Part shown: one piece after another, positions 9,596 to 19,125 of the stretch
Numbering within the stretch: position 1 is the first letter of the stretch
Layout: every line of letters begins with the position of its first letter
The notes under the pieces: generated by a model
The model's input: the letters and a program-made list of their open reading frames with translations, nothing else
Database searches by the model: none
What the model was told of the DNA's origin: nothing
Assembly: GCA_947626025.1 (NCBI GenBank)
Contig: CANQQQ010000001.1
Location: 57,020 to 121,019, forward strand
Direction of reading: 5' to 3'
Length of the DNA: 64,000 bases
Origin: an uncultured Clostridia bacterium
GTDB lineage: Bacteria > Bacillota > Clostridia > TANB77 > CAG-508
Made by a program: the position numbers and the translations under genes

Positions 9596-11818
9596 CTATA
9601 TTTTCTTTTTTATATTTCTGTATAAATTTACTATCTTTGGGCAATACATTTTTAATATATACTTTATCTTTTTGGTTATATCAAATGTTTTTAAATAATG
9701 ATTTTCTTTTATCTCTTTAGATTTTCCTTGTATTATTAATCTATCTACTTTGTGTTCTTCTCTTCTTAAATCAAATACTTTTTTATATTTTTTACCTGTA
9801 AATTCGTCTATCCAATCAATAATTTCTTCTTCCTTATTTAAAATATACATTCTTCCATCTTTTGTTTCTGTTGCAGTTTTAACATTAACTGTTGTTACTG
9901 AACCTTTAGCATTTTTTCTATAAACGCTCATTGGTTCATCTATAAAATATGCATATCCGAAACTTGTCATTATAAGTTTTAATGGCCAATCTTCTACAAA
10001 ACATTTGCTAAACCAATTAGGTAATTTGCTTAATGACTCTGTTCTAAACATAAATGATGCTGTTGGAATAAAACCTAATAGCTCAAGCTCCCCTACATTA
10101 TAAATATTATCACTCTTTAGATATTTTTTTGTTTCATAATTTTGTGGTACAAATCCATTGATCATTGTATTTGTGCTAACATTTAGCGTAGTGGCATTAT
10201 GAAAACAGAAGGTACATTCTGGATGTGTCTCTAAATAGTTTATTTGTTTTTGTAATTTATTTTTATCTGTCCAATAGTCATCACCTTCACAAATGGCTAT
10301 ATACTTTCCTGTTGCCTCTCTCCATGTTCTTGTTAAACTACTTTTTCCTAATGAATGTTGATTTTCCTTTTCATAAATTCCTTTTATAATGTTAGGGTAT
10401 TTTTCTTCATATTCCCTTATAATATTTGCTGTATTGTCAGTTGAGGCATCATCATGCACAAGTACTTCGTATTTAAAGTTAGTCTTTTGATTAATAAATC
10501 CATCTAGTGCGTCTCTTATATAATCTTCTTGGTTATAAGTAACACAACATACACTGACTAAAACATCATTTTTATTTATATTTAATTTTACTTCTTCATT
10601 ATTTTTATATTTTTCTCTTTTTGCCTTGACTCTGTATTCAGTGCTTATAACGACTAAACAAACTAAGATTATAATACTTTCTACACTATACAAAGTTCCA
10701 AAACAACAAAGTGTAAATATTGCTGCATATACAAGCCATTCATTATCTATATTTTTAGCTTTAATGTATTTTATTATTGCATACATTACTAATATGAAAA
10801 ATGGTATTCCAAATTGATATAGAATATCTATATATCCATTATGTGCAAAATTTTCTATCTGATATCCTTTATATATTAATTCTTCAGGTGGCATATTTAA
10901 TATTGAACCTAGTCCATGACCTATCAATATATTCTTTATTCCTTCAAATGAATTTGATAAATAATATAGAGATGAGTATGTTCTAGCTGTTGAAGATAAG
11001 TCTTTAAATACATATAAACCTAAAGTGCCCATTATTACTAATGTTATTACCGGTAAAAGCACTGTCCCGATTTTTACAATCTTTTTTAATTTATCATTAT
11101 ATTCAAATAATTCAAAAGCAATATATATTGCAACATAGTATGCAAATGTTACCCAACCTGATCTTGCAAATGTAAAAAATACGTTGAATAGAGTCATTGC
11201 TGTTAATACAAATTTTTGCTCTTTTTTTAAATTTCCAAAGCTCATAGAGTAAAAATATGCTATGGTTAAAAATAGTGCATAAGATGATGGCTCATAAAAT
11301 GTTGTATAAATTCTAACATCATTCATCCATCCACTGTAGGTTTCAAATAAAGTTTTTGCACCATAAGATGGATTATTATTGAATAAGTTTAAAAGCAAAG
11401 GCATTTGCAATTTTGAAGCTATTAATTGATAAACTCCATATATGGTAATTATTATTATTGCCCAATAAAAAACTTTGTTAAAAAATTCTTTTTGATTTGT
11501 TTTATATATCTCTTGTATGAATTTTATTGTTGTCCATGCTATGAATATTATCATTACATATCTGGCTATTTGTGATAAATGCAATTCATGGTTAAGAACT
11601 TGTGATAATAGAGTAAATATTACAAATCCAATTCCTAATAATAATGTTTTCTTTTCTATCTTAAAATACATTTTGTATTTTAGAAATATATAGATTAAAA
11701 AAACAGTTATTCCTGCTACACCAAAACTCTTTGTAGCAATAATAGCAAAGTTTTGAAGGAAAAGTAATGTTATAAATATTATAATTTCTATTTTCTGTGT
11801 TAGTTCATTTTTTTTCAT
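9596..11818 (-). CDS. fusion protein: N-terminal O-antigen polymerase/ligase-like (Wzy-type) membrane domain plus C-terminal family-2 glycosyltransferase
   Basis: 740 aa. The first 400 aa or so are polytopic membrane helices with a large periplasmic loop (Wzy/O-antigen-ligase-like). The C-terminal part has VSVCCVTYNQEDYIRDALDGFINQ ... DDASTDNT, the GT-A/GT2 signature. Confidence 0.6.
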   Translation of the reverse strand: MKKNELTQKIEIIIFITLLFLQNFAIIATKSFGVAGITVFLIYIFLKYKMYFKIEKKTLLLGIGFVIFTLLSQVLNHELHLSQIARYVMIIFIAWTTIKFIQEIYKTNQKEFFNKVFYWAIIIITIYGVYQLIASKLQMPLLLNLFNNNPSYGAKTLFETYSGWMNDVRIYTTFYEPSSYALFLTIAYFYSMSFGNLKKEQKFVLTAMTLFNVFFTFARSGWVTFAYYVAIYIAFELFEYNDKLKKIVKIGTVLLPVITLVIMGTLGLYVFKDLSSTARTYSSLYYLSNSFEGIKNILIGHGLGSILNMPPEELIYKGYQIENFAHNGYIDILYQFGIPFFILVMYAIIKYIKAKNIDNEWLVYAAIFTLCCFGTLYSVESIIILVCLVVISTEYRVKAKREKYKNNEEVKLNINKNDVLVSVCCVTYNQEDYIRDALDGFINQKTNFKYEVLVHDDASTDNTANIIREYEEKYPNIIKGIYEKENQHSLGKSSLTRTWREATGKYIAICEGDDYWTDKNKLQKQINYLETHPECTFCFHNATTLNVSTNTMINGFVPQNYETKKYLKSDNIYNVGELELLGFIPTASFMFRTESLSKLPNWFSKCFVEDWPLKLIMTSFGYAYFIDEPMSVYRKNAKGSVTTVNVKTATETKDGRMYILNKEEEIIDWIDEFTGKKYKKVFDLRREEHKVDRLIIQGKSKEIKENHYLKTFDITKKIKYILKMYCPKIVNLYRNIKKKI

Positions 11819-11844
11819 TATTCTTTAATTTTTCCTCCTTCTAT

Positions 11845-12711
11845 CTATTTATCTTTGCTTAATTTTCCTAATTTCATTCCAAGAAATCTAGCCCCCATAT
11901 TAGGTAACCATTTCATAATTACTTTCCAATTTTTTTCTTCAACTGCCCTTTTTAAGATGTAAAATGCTAATTTTCCTCCTGTACTATTTACTTTGTATCT
12001 ATTTAAATAGGCATTCTGTTTAAAAAACTTTCCTGTTTCATAATATCTTTTATATTGTTCTTTTAATGTAAAATCATGAGAATGGATAACTTCTGATTCT
12101 GCACAATACTTTATTTTATACCCACCTGTTATTAATTTATACGCAATATACATATCTTCACTTATTGGCATATCTGTAAAATCATATCCATTTAATTCTA
12201 CAAAAATATCTCTTTTTATCGCTGAAGAAGCATCTGAAAAGAAAAATGCTCTTAGTCCTAACTTTGGGATATCCTCTTTTGATACTATACTTGATTTATC
12301 AGGGTAATTTTTTTCCCTAGTATATTTTTCCATAGAATTGTTTGCACAAATTTGTCTACTGTAACATGCTTCAGCTTCATTTTTTTCAATAGGTTCTATA
12401 AGTTTTTTTAACCAATCTTTTCTTTCTATAATTATATCCTGTGTTACAAACACAACTATATCTGCATTACTTTCAAAAGCTTCTTTCTCTCTAACTAGAC
12501 TATGAGAAAAATCTTTTGGTTCTATTATCCTATATATGCATTTTAATTTTTTTACTTTTTCTTCTGTATTGTCATTTCCTTTAGTTATTACATATCGTAT
12601 ATTTCCTATTTGCACATCTTGTTGCATTTCAAATGATTTATGTAGATTTTCTATATATTTTTCTGCATTATAAAGAGGACATATTATATCAACAATCATT
12701 CTTTTACTCAC
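11845..12711 (-). CDS. glycosyltransferase, GT2-like (rhamnosyltransferase-like)
   Basis: 288 aa; the N-terminal DIICPLYNAEKYIENLHKSFEMQ fits the GT2 I-I-x-P-x-Y-N...Q pattern, but the DxD region is atypical. Confidence 0.5.
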   Translation of the reverse strand: MSKRMIVDIICPLYNAEKYIENLHKSFEMQQDVQIGNIRYVITKGNDNTEEKVKKLKCIYRIIEPKDFSHSLVREKEAFESNADIVVFVTQDIIIERKDWLKKLIEPIEKNEAEACYSRQICANNSMEKYTREKNYPDKSSIVSKEDIPKLGLRAFFFSDASSAIKRDIFVELNGYDFTDMPISEDMYIAYKLITGGYKIKYCAESEVIHSHDFTLKEQYKRYYETGKFFKQNAYLNRYKVNSTGGKLAFYILKRAVEEKNWKVIMKWLPNMGARFLGMKLGKLSKDK

Positions 12712-12801
12712 TTTCTATTTGTGTAATATTATATCTTGTATTATATATATAAATAACTAGAAAAGTCAACTAATTTTACATTTTTTGAAGTATTTCTTCA
12801 A

Positions 12802-12828
12802 AGAAAAAAGGTACATTTAATGTACCTT
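12802..12828 (-). terminator. rho-independent terminator after the phosphoglycosyl transferase gene
   Basis: Hairpin AAGGTACATTTAATGTACCTT followed by a T-run on the minus strand. Confidence 0.55.
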
Positions 12829-12872
12829 ACAAAAATTATAATGCTTTATCTATATAATACTATATCTTTTAA

Positions 12873-13556
12873 CTATATTGCTCCTTTTCTGTCTAGTACA
12901 GTAGTTATAGTTTTTAATAGGATTTTTACATCTCCTATAAATGAATTGTTATTATAATATTCTATATCTAATTTCACTCTCTCCTCAAAGCTTATATCAC
13001 TTCTTCCTGATATTTGCCATAGTCCAGTTAATCCTGGTGTCATCTCTATTATTTTATAATAGTCTTCACCCATATCTTTTTTTTCTCTTTTTAAGTATGG
13101 TCTTGGTCCAACTAAACTCATTTCTCCCTTTAATATATTAATGAACTGTGGAAACTCGTCTAAGCTCGTCTTTCTAAGGAATCTTCCTATTTTTGTAACT
13201 CTAGGATCGTCTTTAATCTTTTTGTTAATTTCATATTCATTCCTTAAATCTTCGTTTTCTGCCAGTAATCTATCTAGCTCTTCTTCCGCTCCAACCATCA
13301 TTGTTCTGAATTTATACATTTTAAATACTTTTCCGCCTTTTCCTATTCTGTTTTGAGAAAAGAAAATTGATGCAGTATCTTTTGTAAATATATTTGCAAC
13401 TTTAATAATTAGCATTAAAGGAATAAGTATCATTATTCCTATTATGCCCGCTAATATATCGACTATTCGCTTGATTATTTTACTAATACTTCTCGCTTTC
13501 ATACCTACATTAACAGTTTTATTAATGAATATTGTTTGTGTATCATTTATATTCAC
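12873..13556 (-). CDS. undecaprenyl-phosphate sugar phosphotransferase (small bacterial sugar transferase, WbaP/CpsE C-terminal type)
   Basis: 227 aa with a single N-terminal TM; conserved FKMYKFRTM ... GPRP ... DxxY motifs of the Bac_transf family. Confidence 0.85.
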   Translation of the reverse strand: MNINDTQTIFINKTVNVGMKARSISKIIKRIVDILAGIIGIMILIPLMLIIKVANIFTKDTASIFFSQNRIGKGGKVFKMYKFRTMMVGAEEELDRLLAENEDLRNEYEINKKIKDDPRVTKIGRFLRKTSLDEFPQFINILKGEMSLVGPRPYLKREKKDMGEDYYKIIEMTPGLTGLWQISGRSDISFEERVKLDIEYYNNNSFIGDVKILLKTITTVLDRKGAI

Positions 13557-13607
13557 TGCTTTTTCCTCCTAGTTTTTTATTCTCCCTTTGATAAAGTGGA
13601 AAGTATA

Positions 13608-14693
13608 TTATTTAATTCCCGTTTTAGTCATAAGATTATTGCTAATCTTCTTCAAGTCACCTGATACTTGATAATCTTCTTCTCCAAATAGTTCTTCATG
13701 TAATTTTATTACATTTTCCTCTAAATTTCTTGGTGCTAAATAGTATACCTCTCCTGGTTGATAATCAGCCCATTCATATGGGAAACCTGTACTAGTTGAT
13801 ACATTATATTGTGTTACTCCTAGTGCTAAACCAATAATCTCTGATGAACTTATTGTAGTTTGAACTTTTGGTAATACTTTGTCTACTAATCCATTTAACT
13901 GTACTGCATTCAATTTTTTAACTTTTTCAAACGTTTTCATTAATATTTCTCTTTGTCTTTCCGTTCTATTTATATCTGTACCTACGTATCTAATTCTTGC
14001 ATATGCTAAAGCTTGTATTCCGTCTAAATTATATGTTCCGGCTTTGCGTATATAAGATGACTTTATTCCTGTAACTTTCATATTTTCATCAATATATCCA
14101 TTTATATATTGCAAATCTGCTTTTTTTATTTCTACTTGTACTCCGCCTATATAATTAACAACATCTGCCACAACCTCAAAATTAATAGTAACATATTCAG
14201 ATATATCTAAATCTAAATTTCTATTTAAAACACTAACTGTTTTCTCTGCTCCATATTTCCTATAAATGTCTGTTAATTTAGTATATTTATTGTCTTCATA
14301 ACATAAGTAAGAGTCTCTATATACTGACACCATTTTTACTTCTTTTGTTTTTTGATTTATACTGACTATTAATATAGCATCACTTCCTGATCCTGAATCA
14401 TAATCATTACTTCTAGCATCTATACCAAAAAGTGCTATATTTAAATATCCTTCATTTTCTACCCCTTCATTTATTTCAACATTCTCTAGTCCCTTTTCAT
14501 TATAATCTATTTTAGATAATTTATTTATTAAATATCCACCACAAACTCCTATCATAACTACTAAAAGGATTATTATTATCATTATTAATCTGAATATTAA
14601 TTTTAATAAAAGATTCTTTTTTTTCCTTTTTTTTCTTTTTTTCTTTGTACTTTTAACTGCTCCTTCATTTCTATATTGAACTTCTTTATCCAT
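13608..14693 (-). CDS. LytR-CpsA-Psr (LCP) family cell-wall polymer ligase
   Basis: 361 aa; basic N-terminus with TM; IALFGIDARSNDYDSGSGSDAILIVSIN is the LCP core motif. Confidence 0.85.
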   Translation of the reverse strand: MDKEVQYRNEGAVKSTKKKRKKRKKKNLLLKLIFRLIMIIIILLVVMIGVCGGYLINKLSKIDYNEKGLENVEINEGVENEGYLNIALFGIDARSNDYDSGSGSDAILIVSINQKTKEVKMVSVYRDSYLCYEDNKYTKLTDIYRKYGAEKTVSVLNRNLDLDISEYVTINFEVVADVVNYIGGVQVEIKKADLQYINGYIDENMKVTGIKSSYIRKAGTYNLDGIQALAYARIRYVGTDINRTERQREILMKTFEKVKKLNAVQLNGLVDKVLPKVQTTISSSEIIGLALGVTQYNVSTSTGFPYEWADYQPGEVYYLAPRNLEENVIKLHEELFGEEDYQVSGDLKKISNNLMTKTGIK

Positions 14694-14854
14694 CGTTTAC
14701 TCATTCCTTTATTTATGTTAAATTTTACTTTTAAAAGTCTATAAAAATTTGCTTTACAGATTTCTAAGTCTTATTTTTTTACATTATATATTATAATTTT
14801 ATTTTTATCAACAAAATTAGTACTTTTTCATAAAATTTTCAAGTAAAATTCACT

Positions 14855-16567
14855 TTACATTTTATTTGGCATTTCAATTCCTAATAATTTTGCTCCTATT
14901 TTTAATACATTTCCCACCATATATGTTAAGTAAATTCTAGTATTTCTCTTTTCAATATCTTCCACTAAAATCTTATTTGAATTATAATATGAACTATATG
15001 CTTGAGCTAGATTTATTAAATATCTAGAAAGTATTGATGGCTCATTTTTATTTATAACATTTAGTAATATATCTTCAAAATGATATAATAACTTGATAAT
15101 TTCCATTGCTTCACTGTCTTTTAATTCGTTTATATTTATTTCTTTAGCTGAAGGAATTTCTTTAGCACTATCCATTATACTTTTTGTTCTTACATAAATG
15201 TATTGAATATATGGTCCTGTTTCACCTTGAAAATTCAAAATTGTATCCCAATCAAAAATTTCATCTTTTATTCTGTTATTTGATAAATCATTAAATATAA
15301 CTGCTCCTATACCAATTTTTTTAGCTATTTCGTCTTTATCATCTAGATTTGGATTTTTTTCTTCGATTATAGCTTTAGCTCTAGTTATAGCTTCATTTAA
15401 TAAGTCTTCTAGTTTTATAACATTTCCTTCTCTTGTTGACATTTTTCCTGTTTTTAATAGTATCATTCCAAATGCAACATGCTCTAATGCATTTGTGTAT
15501 TTTTCATCTAATCCCAATAGTTTTGCAGTTTCAAAAACTTGCTTGAAGTGTAGATTTTGTTCATAAGATGTTACATATAGTGCCTTATCAAAGTTATAAG
15601 TGCGTGCTCTGTATAATATAGCTGCTAAATCTCTTGTTGCATAAGTTGAAGATCCATTGGATTTTTCTATAATTATTGGTGTACTTATTCCTGAGTTTTC
15701 AAGATTAACAATTTTTGCTCCTTCTGACTCTTCTAATCTTCCTGATGCTTTTATTTTTTCTATAACCTCTGGCATTTTATCTGTATAAAATGATTCTCCA
15801 TTCCAAGAATCAAAACTACTTCCTAATAAATCGTAAATTTTCTGGAATTCTTTTAAACTTAATTCTTTAAACCTTTTCCACAATTCTGTACAATACTCGT
15901 CTCCCTCTTCTAGTTTTTTAAAATTATTTCTACATTCATTTAGTACATCTTCATCTTCTTTACATAAGTTGTTTATTCTTACATAGATATCTGTTAATTT
16001 TTCAATTGGATTTTCATTTAAATTATACTCTTGTCCCCAAAGTTTATATCCTTCAATCATTTTACCGAATTGTGTTCCATAATCCCCTAGATGATTTATT
16101 CCAATTACATTATATCCTAAATATTTATAAATATTGTATAATGCTCCTCCAATTACTGTTGAACGTAAATGTCCTATATGAAAAGGTTTTGCTATATTAG
16201 GTGCAGAATAATCTATAACAATATTTTTTCCTTCGCCTATATTAGATTTTCCATATTTTGAATTTTTACTCTCCATTTCATGTAAAACATTATATATCAA
16301 TGTATCTTTATTTATATAGAAGTTTAAATATCCACCAACAATTTCCATTTTATCGATTATTTTATTATTAATCTTTATATTTTCTTTTATTTCATTTGCT
16401 ATTATTGGTGGTGCTTTTTTTAGAGTCCTTGCCAATTTAAAGCAAGGAAATGCATAATCTCCCATATTGTCATCAGGTGGAATTTCTATATATGTTTCTA
16501 ATTCTTCATTATTTATTTGTGTGCATTCACTAATCATACTTGCTATTTCTTTCTTAAAATCTATCAT
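14855..16567 (-). CDS. argS: arginine--tRNA ligase
   Basis: 570 aa; class I HIGH-type motif PFHIGHLRS and a C-terminal anticodon-binding (DALR-type) domain. Confidence 0.9.
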   Translation of the reverse strand: MIDFKKEIASMISECTQINNEELETYIEIPPDDNMGDYAFPCFKLARTLKKAPPIIANEIKENIKINNKIIDKMEIVGGYLNFYINKDTLIYNVLHEMESKNSKYGKSNIGEGKNIVIDYSAPNIAKPFHIGHLRSTVIGGALYNIYKYLGYNVIGINHLGDYGTQFGKMIEGYKLWGQEYNLNENPIEKLTDIYVRINNLCKEDEDVLNECRNNFKKLEEGDEYCTELWKRFKELSLKEFQKIYDLLGSSFDSWNGESFYTDKMPEVIEKIKASGRLEESEGAKIVNLENSGISTPIIIEKSNGSSTYATRDLAAILYRARTYNFDKALYVTSYEQNLHFKQVFETAKLLGLDEKYTNALEHVAFGMILLKTGKMSTREGNVIKLEDLLNEAITRAKAIIEEKNPNLDDKDEIAKKIGIGAVIFNDLSNNRIKDEIFDWDTILNFQGETGPYIQYIYVRTKSIMDSAKEIPSAKEININELKDSEAMEIIKLLYHFEDILLNVINKNEPSILSRYLINLAQAYSSYYNSNKILVEDIEKRNTRIYLTYMVGNVLKIGAKLLGIEMPNKM

Positions 16568-16649
16568 TTAACTCAGTCTCCTTAAAAATAATAATATACG
16601 TATTATAACATAATACTTTATATTAGGCAAATATTCAAGAAAAGATTAT

Positions 16650-16709
16650 GGACACATTTAATGTGTCCATATAAAATATAAAAACGTTAAAGGACACATA
16701 TATGTGCCC
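16650..16709 (-). terminator. two near-identical tandem hairpins between pfk and argS (putative pfk terminator and argS-leader element)
   Basis: GGACACATTTAATGTGTCC (16650-16668) and GGACACATATATGTGCCC (16692-16709); the second is followed on the minus strand by TTTAACGTTTTT. Confidence 0.4.
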
Positions 16710-16715
16710 TTTTGA

Positions 16716-17849
16716 TTAATCTCCTAAAGATATTCCTATATTTCTTGCTGTTTTTACTAAATCGTCATCCATTGTTACTCTCCTTATGTTACTATTTTCT
16801 GTATTTCCTGATACTGCACCTATTTCTTTATTGTTTCCTACAACATATTCTAAAGATACAGAATCTAATTTTCCGTTTTTCAATACAGTTAATACTCCGA
16901 ATTTTCCTTCTAGTGCTAATTCCATTGCCTTTGAGCCGTATTTTGTTGATAGTACTCTATCGTAAGCTGTAGGTGTTCCTCCTCTTTGCATATAACCTAA
17001 TGTTGTATTTCTAGCCTCTAATCCTGTTAATTTTTCTAATTCTTTTGCTACAGTTTCTCCAACTCCACCAAGTTTTGTATTGTCGACACCTTTTCCATTG
17101 TCTCTAGTTCCCTTTATTGTTATTTCACCATTTATTGGTTTAGCTCCTTCAGCAACAACTACAAGACTAAATCTTTTTCCTATGTTTATTCTATCTTTTA
17201 TTTTATCAGCAACTTTATTTAAGTCATAAGGTATTTCTGGGATTAAAGCTACATCTCCTCCTCCAGCTATTGCTGCTTCAAGGGCAATCCATCCAGCATA
17301 TCTTCCCATAACTTCTAATACCATTATTCTATGATGAGTTTCGCCAGTTGAATGTAATCTATCAAGAGCTTCCATAGCAACTGATACTGCTGTATTATAA
17401 CCAAAGGTAATATCTGTACATGCTACGTCATTGTCTATCGTTTTAGGCACTCCTATTACATTAATTCCTTTTAGTGAAAAGTCTCTTGCAGATTTTTGTG
17501 TACCATCTCCACCTAATGTAAATATACATTCGAAACCTGCATCTTTAACGTTTTGAACACATATATCAGATAGATCTTTATATACAGTTTGTCCATTTTC
17601 TACGACCTTGTAATTGAAAACATTAGAGTTTGTTGAAGATCCTATTATTGAACCACCTTTGTGTAAAATTCCTGATGCTGTAGATGCAGAATCTAATCTT
17701 ATATAGTTATTTTCTAGCAACCCTTTATATCCTTCTATATATCCATAACATTCTACGCCATTTGTTTCTGCTGTTTTTACAATTCCTCTAATTACGGCAT
17801 TAAATCCTGCCACATCGCCACCATTTGCTAAAATTGCTACTTTTTTCAT
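16716..17849 (-). CDS. 6-phosphofructokinase (PfkA family, about 377-aa clade)
   Basis: GGDGT, PKTIDND and MGR motifs of the PFK family. The residue equivalent to E. coli G104 is Gly (ATP-type) but the G124 equivalent is Lys (PPi-type), so phosphoryl-donor specificity is ambiguous. Confidence 0.85.
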   Translation of the reverse strand: MKKVAILANGGDVAGFNAVIRGIVKTAETNGVECYGYIEGYKGLLENNYIRLDSASTASGILHKGGSIIGSSTNSNVFNYKVVENGQTVYKDLSDICVQNVKDAGFECIFTLGGDGTQKSARDFSLKGINVIGVPKTIDNDVACTDITFGYNTAVSVAMEALDRLHSTGETHHRIMVLEVMGRYAGWIALEAAIAGGGDVALIPEIPYDLNKVADKIKDRINIGKRFSLVVVAEGAKPINGEITIKGTRDNGKGVDNTKLGGVGETVAKELEKLTGLEARNTTLGYMQRGGTPTAYDRVLSTKYGSKAMELALEGKFGVLTVLKNGKLDSVSLEYVVGNNKEIGAVSGNTENSNIRRVTMDDDLVKTARNIGISLGD

Positions 17850-17955
17850 AATATCTCATTTCCCTTCTTTTAAAACCTCTCTAATAGATTTTTTATTTTA
17901 ATATCTTTTATATTATATCAATAAAAAAAATAATTACAACATTTTTTTTGAATTT

Positions 17956-18903
17956 TTATAAATATACTTTCATTAACTTCATATTTCCAGCTAAACTATA
18001 TTCGCCTAATTCTGCTGGAATTAAAAATACACTTCCTTTTTTTATCTGTTTTATAAAATCTTCCTTTTTTATAATTCCCATTCCTTCTAAAACTATATAT
18101 GCTATGAAAGATTCTTTATTTGATTTTTCTATAATTGTATTTTTTATATTAATTAAATCTATATTGAAGTATTTTGAATTATATATATTTATATCATCTT
18201 TAATATTATAATAATTAGAAATTTGAGTCTTAGCATTTAAATTTATTACCTCTTTTGCTTTTTCTTTATGTAATTCTCTTGGTTTCCCATCTAGACCAAG
18301 TCTATTCCAGTCAAATACTCTATATGTAACATTACTACTCTGCTGTATTTCACATAATAGAATTCCTTTGCATATTGCATGAATTGTTCCCGCTGGTATA
18401 GATATAAAGTCACCTTTTTTTACCTCTATATATCTTATGTTATTTTCAATATTTTCTATTGCATCTGCCAAATTGTCTTTTTTGACTTCATCCTTAAATC
18501 CATAGACAATCTTTGCATTTTCTTTGCAATCCATTATGTACCACACTTCATTTTTACCAAAATCATTTTCATATTTTTCTGCATATTCATCATCTGGATG
18601 TACTTGTATTGACAAATTTTCTTGGGCATCTATAAATTTTACTAATATTGGGAATTTACTCATAGTTGTACATTTAGTACCAAATATCTCTTTTCGTTTT
18701 GTTTCATCATTAAATAATTCATATAAATTTTTATTATTAAATACTCCATTTATTATTTCGCTTATGCCTGTAATATGTGCAGATAATTCCCAACTTTCTC
18801 CTATACTCTCTTCCTCTATATCTCGATTTAGAAATTCTTTTATATTATTTCCTCCCCAGACTACTTGTTTATAAATCGGTTTAAAAAATATTGGTTCTAG
18901 CAT
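17956..18903 (-). CDS. manA: mannose-6-phosphate isomerase, class I
   Basis: 315 aa; the N-terminal KPIYKQVVWGG and the cupin core with a QVHPDD-type metal-binding segment are typical of Firmicute ManA. Confidence 0.8.
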   Translation of the reverse strand: MLEPIFFKPIYKQVVWGGNNIKEFLNRDIEEESIGESWELSAHITGISEIINGVFNNKNLYELFNDETKRKEIFGTKCTTMSKFPILVKFIDAQENLSIQVHPDDEYAEKYENDFGKNEVWYIMDCKENAKIVYGFKDEVKKDNLADAIENIENNIRYIEVKKGDFISIPAGTIHAICKGILLCEIQQSSNVTYRVFDWNRLGLDGKPRELHKEKAKEVINLNAKTQISNYYNIKDDINIYNSKYFNIDLINIKNTIIEKSNKESFIAYIVLEGMGIIKKEDFIKQIKKGSVFLIPAELGEYSLAGNMKLMKVYL

Positions 18904-19081
18904 AATCTTTCTCCATTCGTATTAATATTTATTATATATAACATATATTTTTCTTTTTTGCAAGAATAAATTGTCCTTTGAACTCCCTTTGTTCTTATAT
19001 ATTTAAGTCTGCGGGTTAAAGTGAAAAAAATCTTAATAGAAATAATTATGTACTTTTGAAAGTTATAATTTCATTTTATAT

Positions 19082-19118
19082 AAAAAAGTACATATCGTTA
19101 GAATTTTCGATATGTACT
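19082..19118 (-). terminator. rho-independent terminator after the phosphohexomutase gene
   Basis: AGTACATATCG-N10-CGATATGTACT hairpin followed by TTTTTT on the minus strand. Confidence 0.6.
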
Positions 19119-19125
19119 TATATAT

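Noticed and set aside
16568-16715. Looked for a T-box riboswitch in the argS leader
   Set aside because: There is no AGGGTGGNACCGCG T-box sequence or specifier-loop architecture, only two simple hairpins.
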